64,000 nucleotides of DNA from Callorhinchus milii (taxonomy: Eukaryota): assembly GCF_018977255.1 (NCBI RefSeq), contig NW_024704742.1, forward strand, positions 74,340,001 through 74,404,000, written 5' to 3'. Position numbers and translations under genes: made by a program. The notes under the pieces were generated by a model. That model had not been told where the DNA came from and searched no databases. It saw nothing but the letters and a program-made list of their open reading frames with translations. Below are positions 1-12,600 of the stretch, piece by piece (position 1 is the stretch's first letter; each line of letters opens with the position of its first letter).

Positions 1-159
1 TGTGAAAATAACATTATACCTCTGTAGATTACTACAGGCAAAGGCTGCAATCGTCCATCCGCCCTGGTGCCCGGACTGCCTATATCCTGCCCTGTTTAGC
101 AAATCAGAGCTCACACTGAGCAATCACACAGTAAGGGTGCAATATACTGTATATACACA

Positions 160-552
160 GTACAATTGGGATTGTTCTCCTTGGAACAGAGAAGGTTAAC
201 GGGAGATTTAATAGAGATGTTCAAAACAGAGAGAAACTGTTTCCACTGGTGGGTGGGTCAGTAACCAGAGGCCATAGATTAAGATAGTTGTCAAAAGAAC
301 CAGAGGGGAGGTGAGAAGAAATGTTTTCACACAGTGAGTTGTTTGAATCTGGAATGCACTGCCTAAAACGGTGGGGGAAGCAAATTCGATAACAACTTTC
401 AAGAGGGAAGTGGATAGATATTTGGGGAGGACAAATTTGCAAAGCTATGGGGAGAAAGCAGGAAGTGGGATTCATTTGGATAGTTCTTTCAAGAGTCAGC
501 ACGGGCGTGATGGGCCGAATGGTCTTCTTCTGCGCGCTACAATTCTATGAAT
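160..552 (+). mobile_element. CR1 LINE 3' fragment
   Basis: LGLFSLEQRRL.GDLIE-type ORF2 end and tail TGGGCCGAATGG...ATTCTATGA. Confidence 0.85.
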
Positions 553-606
553 TAATGCAGGCATAAAGCTGCAGAGATCACTTGATGAAATGGCGAATTT
601 TAAAAC

Positions 607-696
607 CTTTAACTTTCGATTTTCATCCATCAATGCTGATAGTCTGCTTTCCAGCTGTGCGATGTTGCTATCACCGTCTCCTTGTGCAGCCTCCGG
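607..696 (-). CDS. USO1: USO1 exon 23 (PEAAQGDGDSNIAQLESRLSALMDENRKLK)
   Basis: 90 nt, AAG/GT; resembles p115 VEGRLSALLQETKELK. Confidence 0.88.
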
Positions 697-3600
697 CTTC
701 AAAGTGAAAAGAAATGATTCAGGGAAGTCAGCCCACTGATTTGGTTACATTAAACTTAATATAAGAATTTTAATCTTAAAATTGTTCTTTCCTTGATCAG
801 TCTAATATTTAGAAATGTAGATCATCGCAAATTAACAAGTTGCATTTATAAAGCATCTTATTGAAGAACATATAAAACCACTTGGTAAATATAGTTCCTT
901 CTTTGCCAAGCAAGGAACAGGGTGATTAAAAGCTAGAGACCAAAGTCACAGACAAAGATAGGTTTTCAGAAATTTAGACAAAGATCAGAGATCAAGCATG
1001 GGAGGGGCAGCAGAGATGGGACGTAGGGCTGGAAAAAGGGTATGGTGAGGAGCGATCTCAAACCAGGGAAATCAACAGCGTCAAGACCTTCTTTTTCTCA
1101 CAAAATAGTAGTCATATGGCTTTTCACAAAAGATGTCTGAAAAATAGTGGGGCTATGTAGACTAGCAACTGAAAGAACAAGTCTGAGTATATTGTTTAAC
1201 TGATTTGACTTTCAGCTGAATCACGTCATAGTCAACCCAGATTATGTTTCTGAGTAACCTCACATCTACTGTTGTGCTGTTTTCTACACTTTCAAAAATA
1301 TAGAATCTTAAGCTCTTACCAATTCAAATATATTGTAAAAGACCGAGAGTGGCTTGTATAAGCAGACAGCTATCCAATACTGTGTACGTGTCTCAGCAGG
1401 TAAAAAGCAAGAATGTGACAGCATCGCTACCAAGATGCTTTTAGTCATTTCTAAAACAAAACTAAATGACCACTGTCATTCCTAAAATGGAAAATTTGGT
1501 TTCTTCTTTGGTGCATCGAAGTTCATTAAAGAAAACAAAGCAATTACTGGACATTGCATCTGTAAAGGGTTAGACTACCACAGTAATTTCTTGTAGGACT
1601 CTTACAATATTTTCAAACACTGCAAATAAACTGAATCAAGCGAATATTTCTAAACATTAATCCACATTATAGAAACTATCATTGTGCTGTTCAATGCCTT
1701 GTTTCAGTGGAGTTTATGGAATACATTGTAATAGAAGGTGATGGAACAAAAATGTGGCAATCACAAATTGGAACTCATTGTATTAATAATGGCTTCTGTT
1801 AGGTATAAAATTGGGAAATTCACTGTACAATACATCTTTTTTAAAAAAAGGATAAAATCTTGAAAGCTGGCAATGGCAATTTTGTCTGGCTTTTCAGGTC
1901 TTTTCTTGGTTGAAAAACACAGAAAATTAAAATGTCAACTACAAACACAATCCAGTCATATTTTCCACCTTCATGTCTCTTTAACAAAAGTCAATGCAAC
2001 GATCTCTTACCAAGTTCTTTAGTTTCTGTGATAACGCCTGCTTCTCAGCCTGAAGCTGGCTAATCTCTGCAGCCTGTGTCTGTACTTGGGTTCTTAATTT
2101 GTCTAGTAGCTTCAATGAGAGAAGAAATTGCAAACAATGTTACTAGTGTGACAGACAGTATTTTTTCTAGACTAGTACAATTCACAAAGATCTTCAGACT
2201 TTGAAGGGGACATGTATCGTAATTTGTGGCTTCCAAGAAACCGCTAAATAAATTTAACCTAAAACAACCTTGAAAACTGGCTTTGCTGATCATTTGTGAT
2301 AGTTGTATATTTCAGAGCACATCTAAGCAAACCACGTCTTTCACACCAATCACTTTATGCAGACAACTACTGATAAATATTATACTGGCAAACTGACATC
2401 GTAATCACACAAGTGCTTGTTCCAAAGATTCAAAAATATTAATCCCAGCTATATCGGGAAACATTGCAATAGTTTCCTTAAGTAACTTCCAATTTTACAA
2501 AGTTCTACCCTCCACAAGCTCCAGATCATCCAGAGGTTTTCACCCACATTCTAATAATAATCCTTGCATTTGAGAATGGTGTTTTCTCCCAGTGTCCTGG
2601 CCAATAACCCACCAAATAAAATTGGTCATGGCTGTTTCTGAGACATTGTGATGTACAAATTGGCTGCCGTGTTTGCCCACAAACACACAAGTTACTTCAC
2701 AGTATAATCTGTGAAGCACTTTGGGACATTGTCCTGATATGAACAACGCTACACCAAAAGTAGTGATTATTATTTTATTATTTGAATATTATATACCATA
2801 TTATATACATAATATATGCCTGTTCAGGTGGATGTTTAAAGATTATACTATTTGAAAACAGAATGGAGTTTATCCCAGTGTCAACAACCCCCAAATAAAA
2901 TTGGTATAACATATATTATACTGACATTCAGCAGAGATCGCCATTGATCTTGCCCGATAGGGCTGAGGATTCTATTACTGATCACACGGTAAACCTATTT
3001 CAAATGTTTTCAAATTACTACAGTATGAAATTCGGCAGGAAATTGAAAGCCCCCATAATGTACTTTCACTATCCTGTTCAAAACCACAAAATGCAAATTT
3101 GTACATAAACATAAAACAAGCACTACCTTGTGCAGTTCTGATCTCTCTTCATCCTGGGATCCACTGTGATCGGTACCACCTTCTCCATCCCTGCTGCTCA
3201 TTGTCTGATTTGTCTTCTGTATAAAACAGACCCCATGTTCAGATATACTGCTCAGCGTGAAAGCAACAGCAGCAATCACACATTTAGATTCAATGGTTCA
3301 CAAAAGAGACTGTAGGTAGAACCAGAAAGGTCCCAAAGTAAAAAGAATACTGCCGTACTGTCTCTCATATCCTGAAGTTATGAGCAAATAACTTTCAGCA
3401 AATACATATCTAGTTTCCTCCTTTTTGAATGTGCTGATACAATATAATGGAGCCTCCATTTTGGAAGTTGAAGACTGAAAAAGTGAGAATTGGATTCAGG
3501 AACGGTGATGAAATAGTATCAAGTCCAGCCCAGGTAAACAAGTTGCAGGTCTTATATCCTTGAGTTACAGAGGTCCTATGTCAAATGCATTAACTAATAC

Positions 3601-6600
3601 CTTTGTGGGTATGAACCCACATGCTCAGCACAAACCACACATAAAATGGCAATGAATTGGCAGAGATCACTAGTGTAGAAAATGGAAAAAATTCACGCTG
3701 ACATGCCCCTGTGCAGGTGGGATTATTGCAACACAGCAAAAGTTTGCTGCATCTGACCAGGCTATAGTGGAACTAGGAATGCTTTGCAAAGGTTGGCACA
3801 AATAGATCAGTGCTGCATGAATGCATGAACCTGAACACAAACAAAACACCAGAACACACATATTACAAAAAACATTTAGCTGTATCTACAGTCTAACAAT
3901 TTACATGCACACATTAAAGCTTTGCAGATCATTAAATCTTCACGAGCTCTAAACACTGATGACAATTGCAAACACAGGGGAACCCTTCTATAACGTGGAT
4001 GTTTGCTTGGTTCAGCAAATTTCTACCCAGGTTAAAAATCAAAACAGTGCCTTCGGGTATTTGACGTCACCGTTCATGTGTGTAGAAAACCGTCCAGCTT
4101 TGATTATATAACAAGCATATATAACACTGCACTGAGCTCCTCCTAATGGCTTAGTGGGTGAATGAGCCATGTGCTGTGTGGACCAAGCCATAAACATTAT
4201 AAAATTTGATCTCTGCTAAATTAGCTGTCCTCAGTTGGGTGGAAATCTAGGCATTGCAATTTGCCTTAGCACCCAAAGGCAAAGAAAAGAGAATGGGGAG
4301 GAGTTAGAAAGGTTTCAGATTCTAATCAATACTCAGCGATGAACTGAGGGAAAAACAACAACAAATTACATTTGTAAAGCGCCTTTCACGTCAGGAGGAC
4401 ATCCTAAGGAGTTTGGACAGTCAGGGATTTGGTCCCGAGCAGGGGGTTGGGATCAAGAGGGGTGGAGGGCAGTGATTGTAGTAGTAGGAGGGTGATCGAA
4501 GGCACAGTTGAAGAGGAGAGTTTTAGACGTGCCTTGAAGAAGGCAAGGGAGGGAGCAAGACAATGAGACTATGGGATGGATTTCCATAGGGTGAGGGCAG
4601 AGAGGCTGAAGGCCCGTCCGCCAATGGTTGGGCGAGCCAGACAGGGGACATGGAGCAACCAGGAGCCGGCGGAGCAGAGGGAGCGGACAGGTCAATACGG
4701 TGTGAGCAGGTCACAGAGTTCTGAATGATTAGGTTACATTCCAAACTAAAACAGCCGCTGATACCCAGTGCCGAGGCTCAAACTTAGTCACTTAGGTGAG
4801 GAACCGGGTTGTTGCCGAGCCCTTTTGCTCTGAACCTACTACCTTCAGAATAGAGGAAACATAGAAACCACAAAAATATACATTACTTAATTGGTTTCCA
4901 ATTTCTGAAGGCTCACAGAATAAATAATTTGCTTTGAATACGAATGGACGATTCACAGATTGCCAATCTCCACTAAAAATAGAATAGTCAGAGTCCTACG
5001 CGGATATTGTGAGACCCTGATCTATTCCCATGGGTCGGATTATTTCATGGGCCAACCATAGACTAACCTAGTAAACATAACACAGACAGAAATACATAAA
5101 TCAATTTTTACCAGTTTTTCAATTAAAGATTCCTTTTCCGCCAGCTGCCCCTGTAGTAAGTCATGCCGCTGTTTCAGTTGTTCAACCTCTTCTCGCAACC
5201 TTCCCATTTCTTCCAAGTCAGCTTTCGGCTGGATCCCATTGATTTGTGCTGCCTCACTGTTGTGAATATTATGTTGTTGGCTGTCCTTACCTAAGGTACA
5301 GAAAGTTGCACATTTGTTATCCAACCTCTCAGTACAGATGTACTACAAAATTTCATTAAAGTTGAGCCATGTCAATTGTTTCAACTTTGTGTCAGCCTGG
5401 CTAAGTTGGTAATACTCATGCCTCCGAGTCAGAAGGTTGTTGAAGCCCCACATCAGGACTTGGAACTCAAAGTCCAGACTGATACTCCATGCAGTTCTAG
5501 TGGGTGAGCTGCATTGTCGGAGGTGCCTTCCTTTGGATGAGACGTTGACCCAAGGTCCAGTTTGCTTGTTCACCTAAACCCCACGGCACTATTTGAAGAG
5601 AGAAGGAAGTTCCTCACGGTGTCTTGGCAAATTGCCCAAATTAATTGGTCATTCACTTCATGGTTATTTGTAGAAAATTGCTGTGTGCAAACTGGTTGCT
5701 GTGCTCCCCTACAAAATACACAGATATCCTGCGAAGCACTTTGAGACGCCCTCCTGCCATGAAGTCACTATATAAATTTTTTGTGATTTTGAAACTTTTC
5801 TCAGTATTCAAAAATACCTCATTATTCACTCCATAATAATAATAATAATCCTTGCATTTGATATTGCATTTGGTCTCAAAACCTTTCTCTTTGACCGAGC
5901 CTTCAGCTCCCCTCTCGACTCTCTTCCCCCTCCTCGCTCCCTCCCTTCCCTCCCCTCACCCTGACCATTTCCCCCCTCCTCACTCCCTCCCTTCACTGTA
6001 AAGTGAACTGACTGTATATTTGTGGGCGAACACGGCAGCCAATTGCGCACAGCAGTGTCCCACAAACAATCATAGATTGAAAATGACCAATTTATTATTG
6101 TTTTTGGTTTTGGAGGGATTATTATTAGGTGTGTGGAGTAAGGAAACTTGCCCAAGGTTTCGCCCTGCCTGGAATTGAACTCAGGTCTCTCGCTTGCAAA
6201 GCGAGTGCTCTAACCACTGAGCTACAGGACTCCACAGGTAGCTTAAAATCATAAATTGAGAAAACAGATGTTACAAAATGATTAAGGTTGACAACATCAG
6301 ACGCAATATATGAATCGGTGATGGAAAATGGTTGAACAATATGAAATCTAGCAGCATTTAGTGATTAAGACAAAATACTGCAGCACAAAAAGCTGAAACA
6401 AAATATGCCGTATTTACCTGTTCAGATGAAGGAAATATATCCCATTGCACTATTTCAAAAGAAGGAAATTTCTGCCAGTGTCTTTCTTGTAGGACAGATA
6501 AAAATAGCTCATTCACTTCATAACCATTTGTGAGATTGTTGTGAACAAATTGGCTGCCCATATTTAGTTACAAATAATAATCCTTGCATTTGACATTGGG

Positions 6601-9600
6601 TCGTGATTGATACATCACACCGATGAAATGTCTCAAAATGCTTCAAAGGATTTGCTGTTTGTATTGGTGAAATTAGCAAGCAATTTGCTCACAACAATGT
6701 CCCTTAAACAACTATGAAGTGACTGATCACTTTTTTTTAACAGTACCATGGGATCTTTAAGATGTGGTGACTTTGTGCTCACAGTCTAGGCTGACACTCC
6801 AGTACAGTGCTAGTACACAGTAACTACACTTGATAGAAACTTTGTGAAACCCTTTCAGACATTTGACATTAAGGCACTATATTAAATGCAAGTATTATTA
6901 TTATGTACAAACATCTACAACAAAAACAATTTGCATTGATATAGCACTCTCCATGCTGGGCGGCGTCTCAGAGCGCTTAACAATGGTGGAGCCTAAGGCC
7001 GAGCCAGGGGGAGGGGAAGGTGACTGTAGGCGCGGTCGAAAAGGAAGGTCTTCAGGCGCGACCTGAAGATGGGGAAGGAGGGGGTGAGGCGAAGGGGTTG
7101 AGGGAGGGAATTCCAAAGTTTCAGGGCGTAGTGGTTGGAAGCACGACCGCTGATGGTGGAGCAGAGGATTCAGGGGATGCGGAGGAGGCCGGACTGAATA
7201 GAGCAGAGGCAGCGGGTACTGCTGTGGGGAGAGAGGAGGTTAGAGAGATAGGGGGATGCCAAGGAATGGAGGGATTTAAACACAAGAGTCAGGATCTTGA
7301 AGTCGATCCGCTCTGTGACAGGGAGCCAGTGGAGTTTGGCAAGGACTGGAGTAATCGGGGTACAAATCTAACTAATCTAACTTTAATTGTATGAAAATTC
7401 ATTAAAATGTACCCTCTCTTCATAAAATCTCTTCATAGGCTTCCTTTCCAATAGGTCAGAGGTAAATTAAAAAAAACTATGGTGAGAAAAAGACTGAAGG
7501 TCACTTTGTTTTGGCAACCACAGATGGTGCAGAGAAGGCTCATTAAGTTTCTTTTTGAAACCTCCTAAACGACAGGCACCACTAACCTAATCTACCCAGA
7601 TACTCAATCAAATCTACCCTGATCCCCAATCACAAGATTGGTTTGGATGAAGAAGGTCCATCTGATCTCATCCCTTCAGAATACTCACCTTACCAACTTC
7701 CCATCACAGCATCAAACTGCTTTTTAAATGACTCCAGCGTCCTGGAGTAATCAACCTTCTTGGCAAACTATTCTAGTCATTAATTACCCTCTGTGTAAAG
7801 AAAAACTTCCTGGTATCTATCTGAAATTGTCTTTTGCAACTCTAAACTTAAGATTCTTGCTCAACCTTCTTCATACCTCCTAAAGGTTTGTTCTGGGTTT
7901 ACCTTTTCAATTCCATTTAAAATTGTATACACTTCTCTATAAGGTCCCCCCGTGTCAAGACTGAAGAATCCAATCGTTGCTCATAGCTCTGCTCTCATCT
8001 ACACAGCTTTGAGGGCCTGGACCGGTGCAGTCTGCCTTTGTTCTGCTTGTTTCCTGTGATTTATTTTTATTTCGGAGACATTGCATAGCCTGCTTTCACG
8101 TTTAAATTGCAAAATAAAAAATTTGGTAAGGTAACCAACCCAAACTGCTATTGCAATAAAGCCATGGAAAAGACAAACCACCTCTCTGTGGCAGTCTAGA
8201 GACAAAGAGGTTTTATTGATTTATTTATAGACAAAAAGGAGCCGTTTGTTATTGTGTGAGAAATTGAGAACATTTGGAATCACTTGCTAAAGTTCTCAGT
8301 TTGATCTATGTTCCTAATTTGACCCATACACCACTGAAAGTCAGCACAGAATTAAAAAAATAGGATGGGTGAGCAGTAACATTTAACCATTTTAAAACAA
8401 TCGGTTGAACAATTTTCTTGAGAAAAGAAAGCGAGAAAAGAGATTGGGAAATAATTTTCCATTATTGTATTTTCGGGATACTAAAAATTAGATAAAATAA
8501 TTTGAAAGAACTGGTTTAATAGTATCAAGTGCTGTAGTACCTTGCTGTATTTTGAGGAGGTTGTACTGGTCCCTTAATTGCTGAACCTGTGAAGTTTGCT
8601 GTGTTATGGTTGCTTGGCTCAATTCATTCTCGCTGCTCAGGGCAGATACTTGTTTCTTCAAATCATTCAGTTGCATATCCTGAATTTTAGAGAGAGACGT
8701 CAGACCATCAGGAGATTTACGGAAAACAAAACTTAAAAATGTTGATGTCTATCGATCTATAATAATAATAATCCTTACATTTGATATAGCACTTTTTATG
8801 TATTCATGTGTATTCATACATCACAATGTATTCAGACAATGTCTTGAAGTGGGATTTGAAAGTCAGGAGGGTAAGTCAAAGGGAGTTCTAGGAACAGAGG
8901 AGAAATGCTTTCTTCTGATGTTGCAGTGGATAGAGCGGGGAGATGAAGCAGACTAGTCATTGAAATTAACTTAATCATTCCTTGAACATATTCAAGACTG
9001 AGATAGATATATTTCTTATTGCAAAAGGGATTAAGGGATATGGGGATAAGGCGGGGTTATGGTATTAGCTGGAGTTAGATTAGGAGATTGTCAATTGCAC
9101 TGCCTTCTTGATGGCTTCATACCTATCTCATAGTAAAACTATCTTGGGATGGAGAAAGAGAACTTTTAAACTTCAAAATATAGATCTTCACCCTTTTTGC
9201 AAGCTTTGGGTGCAAGAGAAAAATCTTAAAACAAGGTTATTTGTAATAATTAGGTATTTTTTACTGAAATGTAGAGGTTACCTGTTCCCGGATGAGTTCC
9301 TTGTATTGGTTAACTATACTGTCATGCTGTTCCAATGACTTCTTCACCTCCTCTTCTTTTTTCTCATCTTCACTGGATTTTTGGACAGCCTTTATTATAA
9401 GAACTGGATTGAAAATAGACATTACTTTCCTCGTTCTAATATAATTAAATTAATATTTGTGCAGCAAAACATTTCTATTTTACCTGCTGGAATAATTAAT
9501 TTGAAGTACCATTATTGAAATCACCATTTGCATTGAATGTCTGTGGGTAAAGCAAGCACCTTTAAGCAAAATCCACTAAACGAGCCTCAAAATAAGATCA

Positions 9601-12600
9601 CTCAATGCTGCAGCTGAATCAGATTCATTCAAAGTGTTTGTAATGATGTCAACTTATAATAGGATTAAAGTATATGTCAAATGAGATACAAGGCAATTAG
9701 AGATATTTAGATTACAAGACTACTCTTAGCAGACAGTGCTCTTAATGGCAAGCTATGCGGTTTTAGCTGGGTAAACTCCATCACTTGGCTCAATTGGTAG
9801 TACCCCAACACACATTCCGGGGTTCCCAAGTGTTGGTTCTTACCAGCCTGAGATTTATACTCTCCGGAATTAGGTAAGCAGGGTGCATCCTTCCAGAGAA
9901 GGAGTACCCATTCAGATACATGGGAATTTTACGTGTAGTTGGGATGCTTAGAACTCAGTTTGGTTTGGATACTCTTAAGCATGTGTCGGACACCTGACTA
10001 AACAAAGTAAAGATGCGCAAGAAGTGCCGTTGACCTCCTTTGCAAAATTTCGGAGGTTCATCCTGTACATGGTGCAGGAAGTGACATTAAATGTTTTCGA
10101 CACATAGTGACATCTACAGCACATGGTGATGGCTACGTCCTGGACAACAAGGAACTGCAAGTTGTGTAACGTTTTTAAAGCCTTAGTTAATTCTGAGCGC
10201 AGTTTCTAGGATAGTTACCTTCCAATTCTTTAACTAATTTGGTGAACTCATGGTCAAACAACATTTGCTCTGGAGTGGAGTAGCTGGGCTGCGGCTTCTG
10301 ACCAGCTCGAGAATACAACTCATGCTTACTGATGTAACCCAGTTTCTCAATGAAATTTTCCTTTCCAATCCTCTTCTCTATGAGTTGTTTTAGTTTTTCC
10401 CTATTCATAGAAAAAAAAATTTGATTATTAAATAGTGATCACAAATAAAAAACCTAATTCACAATATGTTTTCCTTGTTATTTTACCCATGTATTAGTCC
10501 ATACTTGTAAGTACAATACTCTTAAAATTCAGAAGTTTCCTTACACATTCTTACTGATTCAGCGCTTTAAGATTCTGAATATTCTCCACTGGTGACTTTC
10601 AGATTTCTAAGTAATTTTAGTACCATTTTTAACGTTAGTTTGGAGTTTTCATTGTGACATCAAAACATCACAGATGGTGGAAAACAAAAAACTAACTTAA
10701 TGAATGATCAGATAAGATCAATAAAGCAACAAGTGATGTTAATGGCTACCTAATGAACCAGATGTTGGCATTTTAGTGCAAAATACTGGTTAGCTAAATC
10801 CTGTGAAAATCATTGAGACATTTTAACTGTGCAATAAAGCACTACATGAAATGCAAGGATTATTTATTAAAATATCCACAATATTTTCATATGTACAATG
10901 AGGGTGGTTCCACTTCGTACGGATATTGAACTCTCTACTGGATTTGACTTATGTAAAACTAGGCACAAGGGCCTATTGTTCGCTTGATCATAAGGTATCT
11001 GTAATTTCAGGGGGAAGAAACAGTACAGTATAGCTGGGAAAACTGAAGAAAAGTAACAGTGTATCAAGTCAATACTTGCTCCCATCAGTAAGAACAATAG
11101 GTGTGTTGAGTAGATGTTTGAAATACACCCTCTGAACAAGCAAGATCATTTTACCACAATTACAAAACGTGCTTGGATAATTTAAATTACTATTAACCTG
11201 CAGCATTTGGATTCACTCAGCTGCTCTGCCTCAGTCAACCCACTATTTCACATATTAAATATTGTCCTATCCTTTAATATCAATTGAATAGACAGACAGG
11301 AACTTGTTTTAAGGTCTCAATTGAACGATGGCATCTCTTAACAATGCAATGTTTTCCCAGTACTGCTCTGGACACCATTAGTGTCAGACCAGACTATGAT
11401 CTCAAAGTCCTAACGTGTAGCTTGAACCCATAATCTTCTGACCCAGTCCCATCAACTACAAAAATCCAATTGTTTAAAATGGACTTTCTGGTACAAATCA
11501 ACCTTTTTCTCAATAAAAACAACCTGTGGCAAAAACATGGGGAAACGAAAACTGAAAAAGTTACAAAAGTAAAGATTTATTGATTTATTACCCAGAAACT
11601 CGATTCTATCCCACGTGAAGCTAATTGTGCTTTTTAATGTTAAAGGTATGCCAGTATGCAACGCAAAATTACTTACTTGGTGTAGTTCTCCAGCGTGTTT
11701 TCATTGTAATAAATGCAGATACCCAATAATAGCGCACAGAGACCTTGTACTAGTTGCTCCTCTTCTCCAAGATTCTCAGAGATCTGTCCAGTTAACTGTA
11801 GGATACTGTCAAGGGAAATCAACTACTTGGAAATAGAAAATAAACACTTTTATTCATGAAACTTCTCCCTTTAGTATAAATGGACAGAAGGCCGTTAATC
11901 CACATATGAGGTTCCATTTTATAGTAGATTTGATAGTTTAATTATTAAGAAAGGGTTTCCCTTCTTTACTGAGGGCATTTGAATCTCTTTTTCCCCCTTC
12001 CACTTGAGTACAGTTTCATGGGTTACAGGCACTTTGCTCAAGTGGCCATTATTCACATACGAGTATTGGTACAGTTAACAGGAACCCTGCCTCATTGTTC
12101 CCCACACTAAACCGGGGCGCTGAATGTAACTGTAGTGATCCAACCACATCACCAGCTGAATTCTGTTAATGCAGAACACAACATGAACCTAACCAGCATT
12201 TATCTGCAACGTTACTGTAAGTTGGCCATCATTAGCAAGATTTTTAACATCACAAGGTAACATTTGTTTTAAGTACTGTAATGGGAAAACCACAACAAGC
12301 ATGGTAATGAGAAGTGTGATCAAGCAGATAAAACAAGTAAGATCTAATCTAAAAGTTCAAGAACAAGAAACACTGATAACTAAGTGGAATGATAAGTCTT
12401 TATAAAACTGAAGCAGACTCTTCCATTGTGTACCGGTGATTAGGATACTGGCATATTTAATTTAAGACTTCTGGGAAGATCTGGCAATGTACCACTAAAA
12501 TAAATGCTTGTTTTTTGTAACACCATATAAAAGGATACAAAAGGGACATTGGTCTGGTTATGCAGAAAGTTAGAGACAGCTATAGGACAACTAGTCATCC

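Noticed and set aside
3217..3279. Upstream extension of exon 21 suggested by ORF 3010-3279
   Set aside because: The upstream CAG would add 31 nt and shift the frame; the acceptor at 3217 fits the phase
6160..6232. tRNA-Ala(TGC)-like sequences here and at ~23775, 32880, 40484, 48060
   Set aside because: SINE heads: no paired acceptor stem, and each continues into SINE body and tail
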